Shown one piece after another: positions 48,701 through 60,923 of a stretch of 64,000 bases of DNA. The stretch is from Camelus ferus (lineage: Eukaryota), in NCBI RefSeq assembly GCF_009834535.1, contig NC_045711.1, positions 23,002,001 to 23,066,000 on the forward strand. The letters run 5' to 3'. The first letter of the stretch is position 1. Each line of letters starts with the position of its first letter. Made by a program: the position numbers and the translations under genes. A model generated the notes under the pieces. It ran no database searches. It was not told the DNA's origin and saw only the letters and a program-made list of their open reading frames with translations.

Positions 48701-51700
48701 CCCACAGGCCTTGCACAACCTGGGGCTGGTGCTGCTCTCGGGGCTGCAGGCCCTGAAGCCTTGGCGCTATGCCCTGAAGCGGATCGGCGGCCAGTTCGGC
48801 TCCAGCGTCCTCTCCTACTTCCTCTTCCTCAAGACCCTGCTGGCCTTCAACGCCCTCTTGCTGCTGCCACTGCTGGCCTTCATCGTGGGCGTGCAGGCCG
48901 CCTTCCCGCCAGCGCCCCCGGCCTCCGTGCCCGCCTTCACGGGCCTGGAGCTCCTCACGGGTGGGGTGAGGCTTGGTGGGAGCAGGCGGGCCCCCCTCTC
49001 ACCACGGCTGCCCCCTGGTCTGACCCCAGGGGCCTGCAGCCCGCCCCCCGTGCTTTCTGTGGGGCCTGGGAAGCCCCAGGGTGGCTGCGGGCCTTTGTCC
49101 ACCTCCGTGCGCTTATCGCTGGCCCTGCGCTGCCCTGCCCCCTCTGCCCTTCCCCTCGCCCTGCCCTCTGGGTGCCCTCCTCTCTCTGCACCTCAGGCCT
49201 GAGGGGGGTCAGGCGCAGGGAGAGGGACAGCCCCTGACTCGGCCGGGCCGCCTCTCTGCAGGGCCGCTTCGCCCACACCGTCCTGTACTACGGCTACTAC
49301 AGTAACGCCACGCTGAGCCAGCCGTGTGCCTCCCCGCCGGATGGCGGCCAGTGCCCCCCAGAGGCAGGCGGCCTGCCCTACAACATGCCCCTGGCCTACC
49401 TCTTCACCGTGGGGGTTGCTTTTTTTATCACCTGCATCACCTTGGTTTACAGGTAATAACCTTCCACCACATGACCCTGGCTCTGAGCACCACTGATCCA
49501 CCCCGTGTCTGTCTATTGGTCCGTCTGTCCGTCCATCCACCATCCACGGACCCTTCCTTCCTCCTTCCCACCCACCCCCAGTTTCACCCATGCACCATCC
49601 ACTCCACAAACGTTTGCTGTGCTTGGCGCAGGGCAGGAAGGTAAATGAGCGTGGTGCCTGCCCTCGGGAAGCTTGCCGTCTGTGGGAGGAGACAGGCCAT
49701 CGAAGAGGCTGGGGATGTCCTGGTGTTGTGTTGCCTGGTCGTTACGGAGCACAGGAGAGGGAGTCGGACTAGCTTCTCGGGGCTGGTGACACTTGTCCCA
49801 GGGAGAGAGATTAAATAAGGGTGGGCAGAGAAAGGCCAGAGGAAGGTGTTTGGGTTATCGGGAGAGGCAGTGCAAAGGCCCTGAGGTGAGCCAGCATCTT
49901 CCGCAGCCACGACTGGGTGGGAGGCAGCTGGTCATGTTGGTGGGGACTGGCGCCTGAGCCCTCTTCTAGCCACTTGTGGCTGGTGGGCACAGTATTGGAC
50001 AGGGCGGATCTGGAGTGGCCGGTGGGCCCCACCAGGAGGCCGAGACCTCTGGGCTGGAGGTGGGGCAGGGGGCGGGTGACGGGAGGCCCATCCAGCACTG
50101 GGCGGGCTCCTCCGAGTGGGTGCTGGGTTTTGGCTGCAAGGAGCATCCGAGGTGTTTTGTCTGCACCTTCCGCCCCCACTCAATCCCTGCTCGGCTCTGC
50201 TTCTCCCAGCATGTCCCGCTCTTTCGGGGAGAGCTACCGGGTGGGCAGCACCTCGGGGGTCCACGCCATCTCTGTCTTCTGCTCCTGGGACTACAAAGTG
50301 ACTCAGAAGTGGGCCTCCCGTCTCCAGCACGACAACATCCGAACCCAGCTGAAGGTGAGCTGCCGGGGGGGGCCTGAGGCCACCACCGCCACCCCGGTCC
50401 TGGGGACACCAGTCCGTGTCTGCTCCAGTGGGCGACGGTTAGGGCTGCTCTTGGGCCCTCTCCCGGGAGTCCCTGTGTCCTCTGGCCCCCATGGGAGGAG
50501 GCCACAAGGGAGGACAAGGAGGCACAAGGTTCCGTTGTTTGTCTGAGGCCTCAGGCCTAGCAGGCAGCCGAGCTGGGCCTTGTGGAACGTTCTCTGCCTT
50601 TCTGAGGTTTTATGTGCAGGGTTTGCATCAGGGAAGCTCACAGCTTTGACCTGGCTGATGGGCCCTCACTGGCCTTGGGGAGCGCCTCAGGGCTTCCGGT
50701 CAGCGAGGGGACAGCTGCCTGCAGGCAGGACACCTGGGGAGGCCGGGCAGGAGAGGCCGGGCCGGCCCTGGAGCAGGGCGGGGGACCGGCCCGGGCGCTG
50801 GGGGTGGGCGGGTGGTGACCCTACGTGTGTGTCCACTCCGCGGTCCCCGGGGCTCCTCGCGCCTGTGCCGGGGGTGGGTGACAGGCCGGCTGCCACCCGC
50901 AGGAGCTGCTGGCCGTGTGGCAGCTGCGCCGGGGCCCTCGGAGCATGTGCTGGCGGCTGCGGCGTGTGGCCGTGCTGGGGCTCGTGTGGCTGCTGTGTCT
51001 GGGGATCACGCTGGGCTGCACCGTGGCCGTCTACAGCTTCTCGGAACTCATGATCAAGGTGCAGGGGGAGTGGGCAGCCCCCAGGGGGCTCCAGCCTGGG
51101 GGTCAGACTCCCGCTTTAGCTATTAGACGGGGACCTGGAAGGCGGCCAGGAGCCTCGAGCCCTCCCTGGAGGCCGCCTCTCTCACGGGCCTTGTTTTGGT
51201 TCTTCTCGGGCCTTGTTTTGGTTCTTCTCTGCCTGTTTCACACTCTTGTTTCTCTGTCCTTTTGTTTTTTATCTTCTCTTTTCTTCTCTGACACCTGTGT
51301 CCCGCCCTCCCCTCCTCCCCCCACCCCCTTCCTGTGCGGTTTGAACAGCTGTGATCTCCACCCCCCCCTTCCGCCCTGGGACCCCGCCCTGCGGCTTCCC
51401 CCGTCAGTGGACACGGCCCTGTCCCTTGGGCGCCTGCGGTGATGCTGCCCCTCCCCTGCTCTGACAGAGCCCAGGGTCCACTGAGCGGGAGGGGGCGCTG
51501 CTGGCCCTGCCCCTGGTGGTCTGCCTCCTCAACCTGGGGGCCCCCTACCTGTACCGCGGCCTGGCTGCCCTGGAGCGCCATGACTCCCCGGTGCTGGAGG
51601 TGTACGTGGCCATCTGCAGGTGAGTGGCCAGGGCAGGGGGAGGTGAGGGCTTTCTGGGGCGCACCCTCTGTCTCCCAGGCACCCTCCCTCAGCCTCCACT

Positions 51701-54700
51701 CCGGCTCTTTTCTGTAGGAACCTCATCCTCAAGATGGTCACCCTGGGGATCCTTTGTTACCACTGGCTGGGCCGCAGGGTGGGCACCCTGCGGGACCAGG
51801 TGAGGGCCGGCCGCTGCTGGTAGGGGTGAGGCTCCCTGGGCCCCTCAGGATGGTCTGCCCTGGTCCCAGGGTGGGGCGGAGGGGGTGGCCCTCACCGGAC
51901 CTTACCTGGGCTATAAGTGTACTGGAGGCCCCTCGATGGGCTGGGTGAGCTGGGTGGGGGGTTCCGGGGCCCTGGGGCTGAGACTGCGTCCGTTTCAGTG
52001 CTGGGAGAACTTTGTGGGCCAGGAGCTGTACCGGCTCATGGTGATGGACTTCCTCTTCACATTGCTGGACACACTTTTCGGGGAGCTGGTGTGGAGGTGA
52101 GGCCCCAGGGGCGGGTCCCAGCTCTCACCTCCTGGACATCTGGGCTTCCCAGCTCCGAAGGGCTCCCAGCATCCTCACCAGCGTGGTGACGAGGGTCACC
52201 TGGGTGGTTCTCGAGTCCCTGAATAGCAGTCCTTAAATCTCCACCCGTGACAGCTCCTCTGTAAGACATCACTGAACCGAGAAAAACACTTAGGACACAG
52301 GATGGAACCTATTTTTAAATCGGAAAGGAAAACAGGTTTCAAAGTGACGCATATGATACAACGTGAGTCTCGTATGATGGAAAAAGGGGTCGGAAGGAAG
52401 GATAGAAGTGGAAGGACATTTTCCGAGGGCCTCGCTGTGGTGCTCGTGTGGCGGGTGTTTTGTATTTCCTTCTCTTTGTGTTTTCTTTGAGAATGTATTA
52501 ACTTCACAAGATTTTTAGAAGTAAAACGTCGGATGCCGACGTGCGTGTTTACACCCGGGAGCATCTGTACGGGCTTCGAAAAAGGACAGGGACGAAGCCC
52601 GCGGCAGTGCGGACCCCTTGGGGTGGGACCCCGGCTGCCGTCTCCCCTCGACCTTGCTGGGTGCCGGGGGGCGGGGACGGGCGGGATGGTCAGCGTGGCG
52701 GGTGGGTCCCCGGCCGGGGTGCCTGCCCTCCTGCGGACCCCGGGGGCTCCTCTGCCCCAGGCTCATCTCCGAGCGGACACTGAAGAGGAGGGGGAAGCCT
52801 GAGTTCGACATTGCTGGGAACGTCCTGGAGCTGATTTACGGGCAGACCCTGACCTGGTGAGTGTCTCCCACGTGCGTCCCGCTGCCCGGCCCTGGGGTCG
52901 CGGAGCTTCCCCCCCCCCTCTGGAACACAGCAAGGCCCAGCCCTCCCACCCCTCAGCTCCCGGGGTCCTGTGCCTGAGCCAGGCTGTCCTAGACCAGGGC
53001 GCAGCACGGGGTCACGACCCCCGCCTCTGGACTGCAGCCCCCTCGCCTCCTCCCCCTCAGGCTCGGTGTCCTCTTCTCCCCACTCCTCCCCGCCATGCAG
53101 ATCATCAAACTGCTGCTCCTCTTCTACGTCAAGAAGGTAAAGGTGCCACCTGGGCCCTGAGGAGGGCGACGGGGCCCAGGGAGCACGTGCAGCCAGGGTA
53201 GCCTCTGGGCTGACAGACGTGCAGCCCTGGGACTCTGGAACCCTCCCCTGACCTGACTGGTGCAGGGCTGGCAGCCTAGGGCCACCCTCTAGGGACAGTC
53301 CCATGGCCCCCAGGGCCAGCTGAGCCCCCTCCCCGCATCACTGCCTCCCTGCCTTCTGCAGGCAGGCAGCATCCCTGCAGGGGCCGTGGTCAGGGCTGGG
53401 CGCCTGTGTGCGTGGGCTGGGCTTAGGGTGGGGGGCTGCGAGGCGCCCCTGGTCGTCTGTCCTCAGGTCGGGGGAGGTGGGCTCGCTGTCTCAGAACCAG
53501 GTTTTTCTCCTCCTGGGTCCTTTGTTTTTGCACCTGTACATCGTGGACAGTGCTCTGGGGCACTGGGGGCACTGCTGAGACGATGATGGTAGAGTGTTGG
53601 GCTTGGGGTGTGGCCCTGCAGAGACCTTCCGTTGACATCACAAGCACTCCTAGTGTCAAGCCCTTCTGAGTACCAGTGACCCTGGATGAGAAGCCCCCCG
53701 TGTGCCTGGGTCTCCCCTCCCTAGATCAGGAGGTGGCCTGCGTGCTCCGATTCCGAGTGTCCCCCTCTCTGCCTGGCAGTCCGGGTCCCGGCGGGGAGGG
53801 GACCCGGGTCCTGTCCTGGGGCCTTGGCTCGGGCTCTGCCAGGAAGCACAGCCCACCCACTGCGGCCTCGCCCCTCTTCCTTCTGAGGGCTGCCACCAGG
53901 CCCAGTGGCGGGCGGCGGCAGGACGGTGGCTGAGCACAGCCTTTGTCTCCAGACCAGCCTGATGGCCAACTGCCAGGCGCCCCGCAGGCCCTGGAAGGCT
54001 TCCCACATGAGCACCGTCTTCATCTCGCTGCTCTGCTTCCCGTCCTTCCTGGGCGCTGCCATCTTCCTCTGCTACGCTGTCTGGCAGTGAGTGGGCTCCT
54101 GGCCTCGGGGGCGTGGGGATGGGGTCGCCCCCGGGTCTAGGGAAGGGCTGCCTGCAGGGACTGTGGATGGTGGCCACGGTTTGGGTGACGTGGGGCCTCC
54201 GCTGGGGCCGAGGGGTCGAGCCACCTGCCCTCTTCCCCAGGGTGAAGCCCTCGAGCATCTGCGGCCCCTTCCGGACCCTGGACACCATGTATGAGGCGGG
54301 CAAGGTGTGGGTGCGCCACCTGGAGAGGGCGGGCCCCAGGGTCTCCTGGCTGCCCTGGATCCACCGGTACCTGCTGGAAAATACCTTTCCCATCTACTTG
54401 GTGTCGGCCCTGCTGCTGTGAGTGTGGGGCTGCAGGCCGGGGTCCTAGCCTCTCCCAGCCGTGGGCTCCTGCGCGGGGCGCAGGCCGACCGCCCATCTCC
54501 CGCAGGGCCGTGATCTACCTCAACATCCAGGTGGTGAAGGGCCAGCGGAAGGTCATCTGCCTCCTCAAAGAGCAGATCAGCAACGTGAGTGCCCCTCCTG
54601 CCTCCCCCTGGGGGGCCACCGGCCGCTCACAGTCAGGCCCCTCCTCGCCTCCCCCGGACCCCGGGTGTGGAAGGGGGCTGTTTGCCAAACAAGTCACATC

Positions 54701-57349
54701 GATGGCAATGTGTAGTTTGTACTGAGAGGAGATGCAGCTGGCCTGCCCCAGCGCCCCAGCACCGCCCCTACGCCCGCTGAGAGGCAGCCCCGCCTGGCCC
54801 TGAGGGCTGTGCCCCCTCCCTGCTCAGTTACGGGGCGATCCTCCCCCCACCACCGTCACCTTGAAAACAAGTCACTGCCCCTTGGGCTGGCGTTTCCCCA
54901 GGTAGGAATGGCCTCTCACCCAGTCCCGTCCAGCAGCAGCGGGCCTCCTGTTAACACGCAGTGGGCGCTGACCTCGTCCCCGGCGCTCTGACATCACTGC
55001 CCCCACCGCTGTTTTTTCTTTTTTTTTTCACGTCCTTCGCAGTTTCTGACCTGTATACTCAACGCCTGAGCCCACTTGGGGCCAGCTGGTGCCTCTGTCC
55101 CCAGGCTGTCACACCAGGGCTGGTGGCTGCCAGACACTCTGCATTAGAAAGGACTAGGGGGTCAGCTGTGGGGTGTCAGCTAAGGCAGGACAGGGCTGGG
55201 GTGCAGCTCACGTGGGACCCTCACCACTGGCTAATTGATGCAGGGGCTCCAGGCCAGGTCTTTCCCAGCGGGAGGATCCCTTGGGGAAAGCTCCCACTTT
55301 TTCTGGGGTTATAATTAACGCAGTACGACTTAACCCATCATCTCGCCTTTCACAAACACGGGACAGGGCCCAGGCTGGGCATTTCGGCCGAGGTGGCCGC
55401 CTGTCCCAGCTGCGGGAAGTGGAATCTTGCTAACTGGCTCTTGTTCCACTGCACAGGGCTTTGGGGCCTGCGGATGCCAGAGGGGGCTGGGGGGGGGGAG
55501 GAGGGGGGAGGGGTCAGGTGGACAGCCTGTGTTGGGAGGGGACCAGCTCCACCTCCCACTTCTCTGGGGGCTGAAGGACCATTCCCTTGTGGCCCTCGCT
55601 GCAGGCAGTGTCCTCCCGAGGCCGAGCCCTGCCCTAGTTCTGTCTCTGGGGCTGCAGGTCTGAGCTCAGCCACCCCCCGAAGCATCTTTTCCCAGGCTTG
55701 GGCAGGCCGTCTTTCTCAGGCAGGGCGGCTTACTCAGGCACACAGCCCTGTCCCTTATACCTCCATGGGGAGGAGACATGGGGAGGTCGCTTAAGGAAGT
55801 CCCTGTGTAATTGTAAGTTCCTTAAAAATGGAAGTGGGGAGCCAGTGTCAGAGGAAGACTTGACTGGCCATCGCTGGTCTTGCAGATGGAAGGAGGCTGT
55901 GCGCCAAGGGGTGTGGCAAATTCAGAAGCAGGAAAAGGCAAGGGAAGATTCTTCCTAGAGCCTCTGGAAGGAATCAGCCCTACTGACACCTTGATTCTAG
56001 CCCAGTGAGACCCGTTTTGGACTTCTGACCTCCAGAACTGACGGATGATGAATTCATGTTGTTTTGGTCCCTAAGCTTTGTAATTGGCTGGAACAGCAGC
56101 AGAAAACGAACACAGCCCTGTGACAGACGTTTGTCCTCTTTTAGAGGGTGACTCTGAGGTCAGAGAGAAGGTAATGTGCTCAAGGCAGACTCAGTAAGTG
56201 GCAGGGCCAGTTTAAAATTGAGTCAGGCTGGCTTTGCTGCCTTCACTGTGTGGCCGATCACATTTCCCTTTTCACTGTGGCCACTAGGAAGCTTAGATGT
56301 ACATTACATCTGCTCACTGCCTGGCTCTTGGTTTTACTTTCTCCTCATTTGGTGGCTCATTCCCCTTCTTTAAACTTTTTGTGCTTGTGACGCCAAATGC
56401 TCTGTGAGCTACCCCAAGTGCGGTCTGGAACAGGGCAGTCCTGGACAGAAAAGACAGCTTCTGTTTTCTCAGCCTTTGTGTTCTGGCATTTCTAGGAGGG
56501 GGAAGACAAAATCTTCTTAATCAACAAGCTTCAGTCTGTCTACGAGAGAAAGGAGAGGAGCAGGTGAGGGGCGTTGGAGGGGTCGGGGCCCCTCTACCCC
56601 TGGGACATGGAGACACCGTGGAGCTGGGGGGTGGGGAGGGAAGTCCCTGCCCGCTCTCCCCACCGTGTGTGGGGCGTTTGGGGAAGGAGGGAGAGGTAAC
56701 GTTTGGTGAGAAAGGAAGAAGAGGACACGAAGAACTGTTGTGCAGGGGGCAGGGTGGAGCCAGGTCTCTCGTGTCCTTCCCTGCCCCTCTCTGCGGCTCT
56801 CTCTGTGTCCTCTTTGCTCCCCCATCTTGATGAGTCTGGGGGTCAGCCTCGCTGGCCTTCTCCTCAGGCTCTGCCCCTGTTTTCCCAATGGGGTGAATGC
56901 ACCCTAAGAAAATGCTGCAGTGGGGCTGGGCTGCTCCAGGTCTGCGCTTCCCACCTGTTCCCTGTGGTTAAGCCCAGAGAAAGGGAGATGAATTCAGACA
57001 CCCTCCTGAATGCACACAGCCCTCCTTGACCCCTGACGCGGCCAGGCGGGCGGCTGAGGTCTGCAGGCCAAGGCTCCCGGGGGCTCCCCTCCCCAGAGAC
57101 ATGCCCCGGGCAGCAGGAACCCACCTTGCGCACCTGACAAGACCCTTCCCCTCCAACAAAGGCCTCTGCCAGACCCTGGCACGTCTCTCCCGAGCCTTTA
57201 CCCTGGGAGGCCTGGACGCAGCTCCTGAGGAAGGAAGGGCTGCCCGAGGCCCTGGCCCCTCGCTGACTTCCCTTTCCGGCAGGGTTGGTAGAACTGAGGC
57301 GGCTGTGATGCCCCCAGCCCTGTTCACAGACGACGGGGACACCTGGTAG
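45771..57349 (+). CDS. TMC6: Transmembrane channel-like 6 (EVER1), 812 aa; exons 45771-45829, 45980-46119, 46278-46373, 46665-46826, 48112-48217, 48371-48467, 48708-48965, 49262-49452, 50210-50354, 50903-51058, 51468-51619, 51718-51799, 51999-52096, 52761-52856, 53061-53136, 53953-54086, 54241-54417, 54506-54584, 56496-56563, 57283-57349
   Basis: All introns are GT-AG and phases are consistent (2439 nt). Motifs [48 protein letters not shown] and CGPFRTL. Confidence 0.96.
55820..56115 (+). mobile_element. MLT1-type MaLR LTR fragment
   Basis: CTAGAGCCTCTGGAAGGAA, GACACCTTGATTCTAGCCCAGTGAGACCC and GACTTCTGACCTCCAGAACTG blocks. Confidence 0.75.
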
Positions 57350-57503
57350 GACAGCGCTGGGCCAGCAGCCCCGCACCTGCTCACCTGCGCTCACACAGCC
57401 CTGCGGGCACAGATGCCGACCAGCCGGAGGGTGGGGGCACTGCAGCCCACCTTAGCGGGAGCACCCAGCGGACCCTGCCCCACCCGGGACTCTGTTTATT
57501 CTG

Positions 57504-57509
57504 ATTAAA
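57504..57509 (+). terminator. TMC6 poly(A) signal (ATTAAA)
   Basis: 155 nt after the stop, followed by GU-rich sequence. Confidence 0.65.
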
Positions 57510-58894
57510 CATGGTTTGCAGAACGGGCTTGTCTCTCGGGAGGCTGTGCTCCTACCCAGGCCGCCCAGCTGCAGGCACCTACGGCCATGCCCCCGGGCCC
57601 ATAGCCCGCCTCCTGCTGCCCCGAGGATGACCTCCAGGTCGAGGTCATGGGAACCTTGGCCTCCTGCACCGGCAGCCCCTTCAGCTTCTCCTCCTGGTTC
57701 AAGGCTCCTCTCTCTGCCCGGCCAGGGCCCTGCAGCCTCACCAGATGGACCAGATGGTACCAGGTCCCCTCCCGACATGGGGTTCCTGATAAAACAGGCG
57801 GTGGGGCTTCGGTGCTGGGTGCAGGGCGCCCTCTGCCGACCCAGCCCCGGATGGCAGAGATGGACGGCACCGCAGCTTCAGACGCTGTCCCTCCAGCCTG
57901 CGCACAACTACGGGGCAGGAACAACTACGGGGCGTGTCGAGGGTGATAAACTGATGCTCTAGTGGCTCTTGGTGGTGGGGTGGAGGGCCAGTTTAGGGAG
58001 GGACTGGGGTGGGTCATTGGCTAATGAGCCATGGGGAGAGGAGCCTACAGACAAGAGGCTGGCCAGTTCCTAGGCCTGTGGCAGGAGTGACTGGTGCGGG
58101 GTGACCTCCGGTCCTACCAGCCTGAGTCTGAGGAGCCTGGGGGATGCTGAGAACCCGAGGGTGCAGAGAGGAGGGGACTAGGCTGTCATAGCCTCGGTGC
58201 CCACTGACCGCAGGAGCCAGGGCAGCAGCCCCAGTGGGAGACAAGCTGAGAGTGGAGACGGGCCCCCTGCCCTCGTCCCAGAGGGGTACCTGGGAGAGCA
58301 AAGCCTGGCCGAGTGGCCGTGTCAGGCCCACAGGGAGCTGCCACTGCCGTTAGCAGTGCTCGCAGCTGGGCCCACACCAGCCCCAAATGGCCCTCGTCTG
58401 AGGATGGTCCCACGGGGGTGCTCCGGTGTTCCGCAGACTCGGCCCCAGAGGCTCCCCAGCATCAACCAGACCTCCCCAGGTGCCCTTGATGCCCCGGCAG
58501 GTCAGGATTCCTGGGCTGGCTGTGGCCGACCCAGCCTGGCGGTGCTTAGGGACTCTACGAGGAGCTGGCCTGACCTGGTGGTATGAGCGCCGCTGGGTGA
58601 AGCTGGGTGGGGAGACCAACCTGGGCTCTTCAGGGCCCCCCTCCCGCAATGCCTGCCTCTGCATGGAAGGCACGGACCGACCGCGTCCAGTCTGACCCGC
58701 GTTACCATCTGTCACGATCTACCGGGCCCCCTTCACCTGCCTTGCGACAACTGCGAGGTCAGGACACACTGCTTATGACGAACAGGTGAAGGGTGTTTTG
58801 CAGACACCTTGCGCAGCGGTGAGTTGGTGTCCCTGGCCATTGACTCAGGCGCTCATCAAGGTGTCGCTGTGAGGGCATTTTGTAGGTGTGTTCA

Positions 58895-59110
58895 GCACTC
58901 ACAGTCAGTTGACCTCAAGGAGATTATCCCCACTAATGTGTGTGGGCCTCGGCCAATCAGCTGAAAGACCTTAAAAGCAAAACTGAGATTCTCCAAAGAA
59001 ATTCTGCCCAGGGCTGCAGCACCAGCCTGGCCTCCGGGCTGCAGCCAGCCCTCTCGACACATACAGCTATCGCCTGTCCACGCTGTTTCTGATACAGACG
59101 TGGCCTTGAG
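58895..59110. mobile_element. MLT2-like (ERVL) LTR fragment
   Basis: GAGATTATCCCC, GGCCAATCAGCTGAAAGACCTTAAAAGCAAAACTGAG and AGAAATTCTGCC blocks; orientation not confidently assigned. Confidence 0.55.
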
Positions 59111-60886
59111 GTCCTCTGGCTGGAACATTCCGTGAGGGAGCCCATGTGGGGCTGCGGAGTCAGGAGGGCCCGGAGTTGACCTTACTAGCTCGCGGCCTTG
59201 CACGTGTTCTGTAACCTCTCCCGGCCCCGTTCCTCACCTCATGGGGCTGTTGAACATCGGACGGTCCTACGTAGTGCTTAGCACCGGGCCTGGCACACAG
59301 TAGTTTTGCTATTTAAAAAAAAAAGCAAAAAGCTAGCTACAACTGCCAAACAAGACCAGCTGACTCTTGGAAACTGCTATTCTGACATTTTTTAGCAGTG
59401 TTTCTACTGTGAAACCCGATGCAAAGCTGACACGTTAACTGCATGTTTCCACCATGATTCCCGTATAGCTTTTTCTTGATTCAGCCCAGATGTTCTCTTC
59501 CTGCAAGGAACCTTCTTGACATGCCTCCCCGTCTCCGTCTTCCCTCTTTTCCGTGAATCTGCGCCTTGCTCCTCAGCGCCCAGGGTCTCACCTGCCGTCA
59601 ATGAACCTGCTCGCCCTGGCACCTCTCCGGCCTCTCCTGTCCGTTCCACAGTCCTTTCCCTGCAAACCACACTGCTACCCACGGAGCACCCTGCCTTCTT
59701 CGCCCACGGCCTGGTTGGAATGATCAAAAAGAAGTGCAGCTCCGAGCCTGGACTTTTTCTTGATTCAGACACCAGGCCGCCTCCTCACCTGTGGGTCCCA
59801 GGACCTGCCCCGACTCCAGGAGGGAGGCAGTCACTCCGCTCACGCCGTGCTCCCCACCTATCCCCTGCTTCCCCCCGGGCTGTCACTCCTCCATGAACGT
59901 CATCCTCTGGACATTGCTGAGGCCCTGAACTTGCTCTCGGGGAGCAGCGCTGGGACAGTTGGCTCCCCTGTAGTAACTCCGGACACACCGGCCCCAAGCG
60001 GACACTGGTGGCGGGCTTGGCTCCCAGCGCCACAGTCGCTCCCTCCAGGCTCACACTGGGATGTGGGGTCTGTGCTGATCATCCACGTTCTGAGTTTCAT
60101 TCTTCCTTTAGCCTTTTGGTTCCTCTCCTGTTTATAACCCTTCAGGGATCTCTTCCTCAACCTTCTGAAGAGGTTGGTCAGAGCTGGAAGCTCACCAACC
60201 GGGACCCCGTCTTCCTGGTAAGACGCTGACTCGACCCTAGGGGTGGAGAGAGAAAAAGACACTCATTGTGCTGGTCTCCAAGCAAGGTCACAAGGGACAG
60301 TCCTGACGGGACAGAAGCAGTGGTGCTGGACTTACTGACGGTCACGGTAAGCCTCCCAGGGGCGGACCTGAGTCAGCAGGCCCAGTGTTCCGACCTCTCA
60401 CTGCCGGCCTGCTCGCCGCGGGGGAACGCGCCGCTCTTTGTACGCGCCGCCCTGCCGGCCGCGCCGGTGCGAACGCTCCGCTGCAGTTAGCCGCGGCTGC
60501 CCCGCAGGCACGGGAGCGCGATGTCTAGCGAACACCGAAGCCCTTCCCGACGCTCTTCCCTCCGAGTGTCGCTGACTTCCAGCCCGGGTCCTGGGCGAGA
60601 GGGGCAGGGGGTCCCCCGGTGGCTGCCCCGGGCAACACTGGCGGCTGGCGGAGGCCACGGGCTCAACTGCATCTCTCCAACAGTAATGAGATTTCAGTGC
60701 AAAACCACAAAACAAATGATAAAATTACAAGTCAAGCAACGGAAGCTTGGAGTTTATCTAATTATATGTAAACTCAGGACAGCGTAAAAAGACACAGGAG
60801 ATTTGTTACACAGTAGGACAGCGCTCTCTCCCAACACATGCAAAGTGCATAGTGACTACAGCTGTCCTTGGAAAACAAAGAACACA

Positions 60887-60923
60887 TTTATTCCAACAGC
60901 CAAGAAAAAAATTGCAGTTTATT
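60887..60923 (-). terminator. TNRC6C tandem AATAAA signals
   Basis: TTTATT on the + strand at 60887-60892 and 60918-60923, at the end of an AT-rich 3'UTR of about 2.6 kb. Confidence 0.65.

Noticed and set aside
1-56300. Scattered MIR, L2 and MER5-like fragments (for example ~1-330, 455-600, 8190-8330, 18575-18620, 27000-27400, 37850-37940, 39130-39300, 47070-47480, 49600-49920, 56130-56250)
   Set aside because: They are probably real ancient repeats but too degraded to delimit by eye, and they are ordinary for mammalian DNA.
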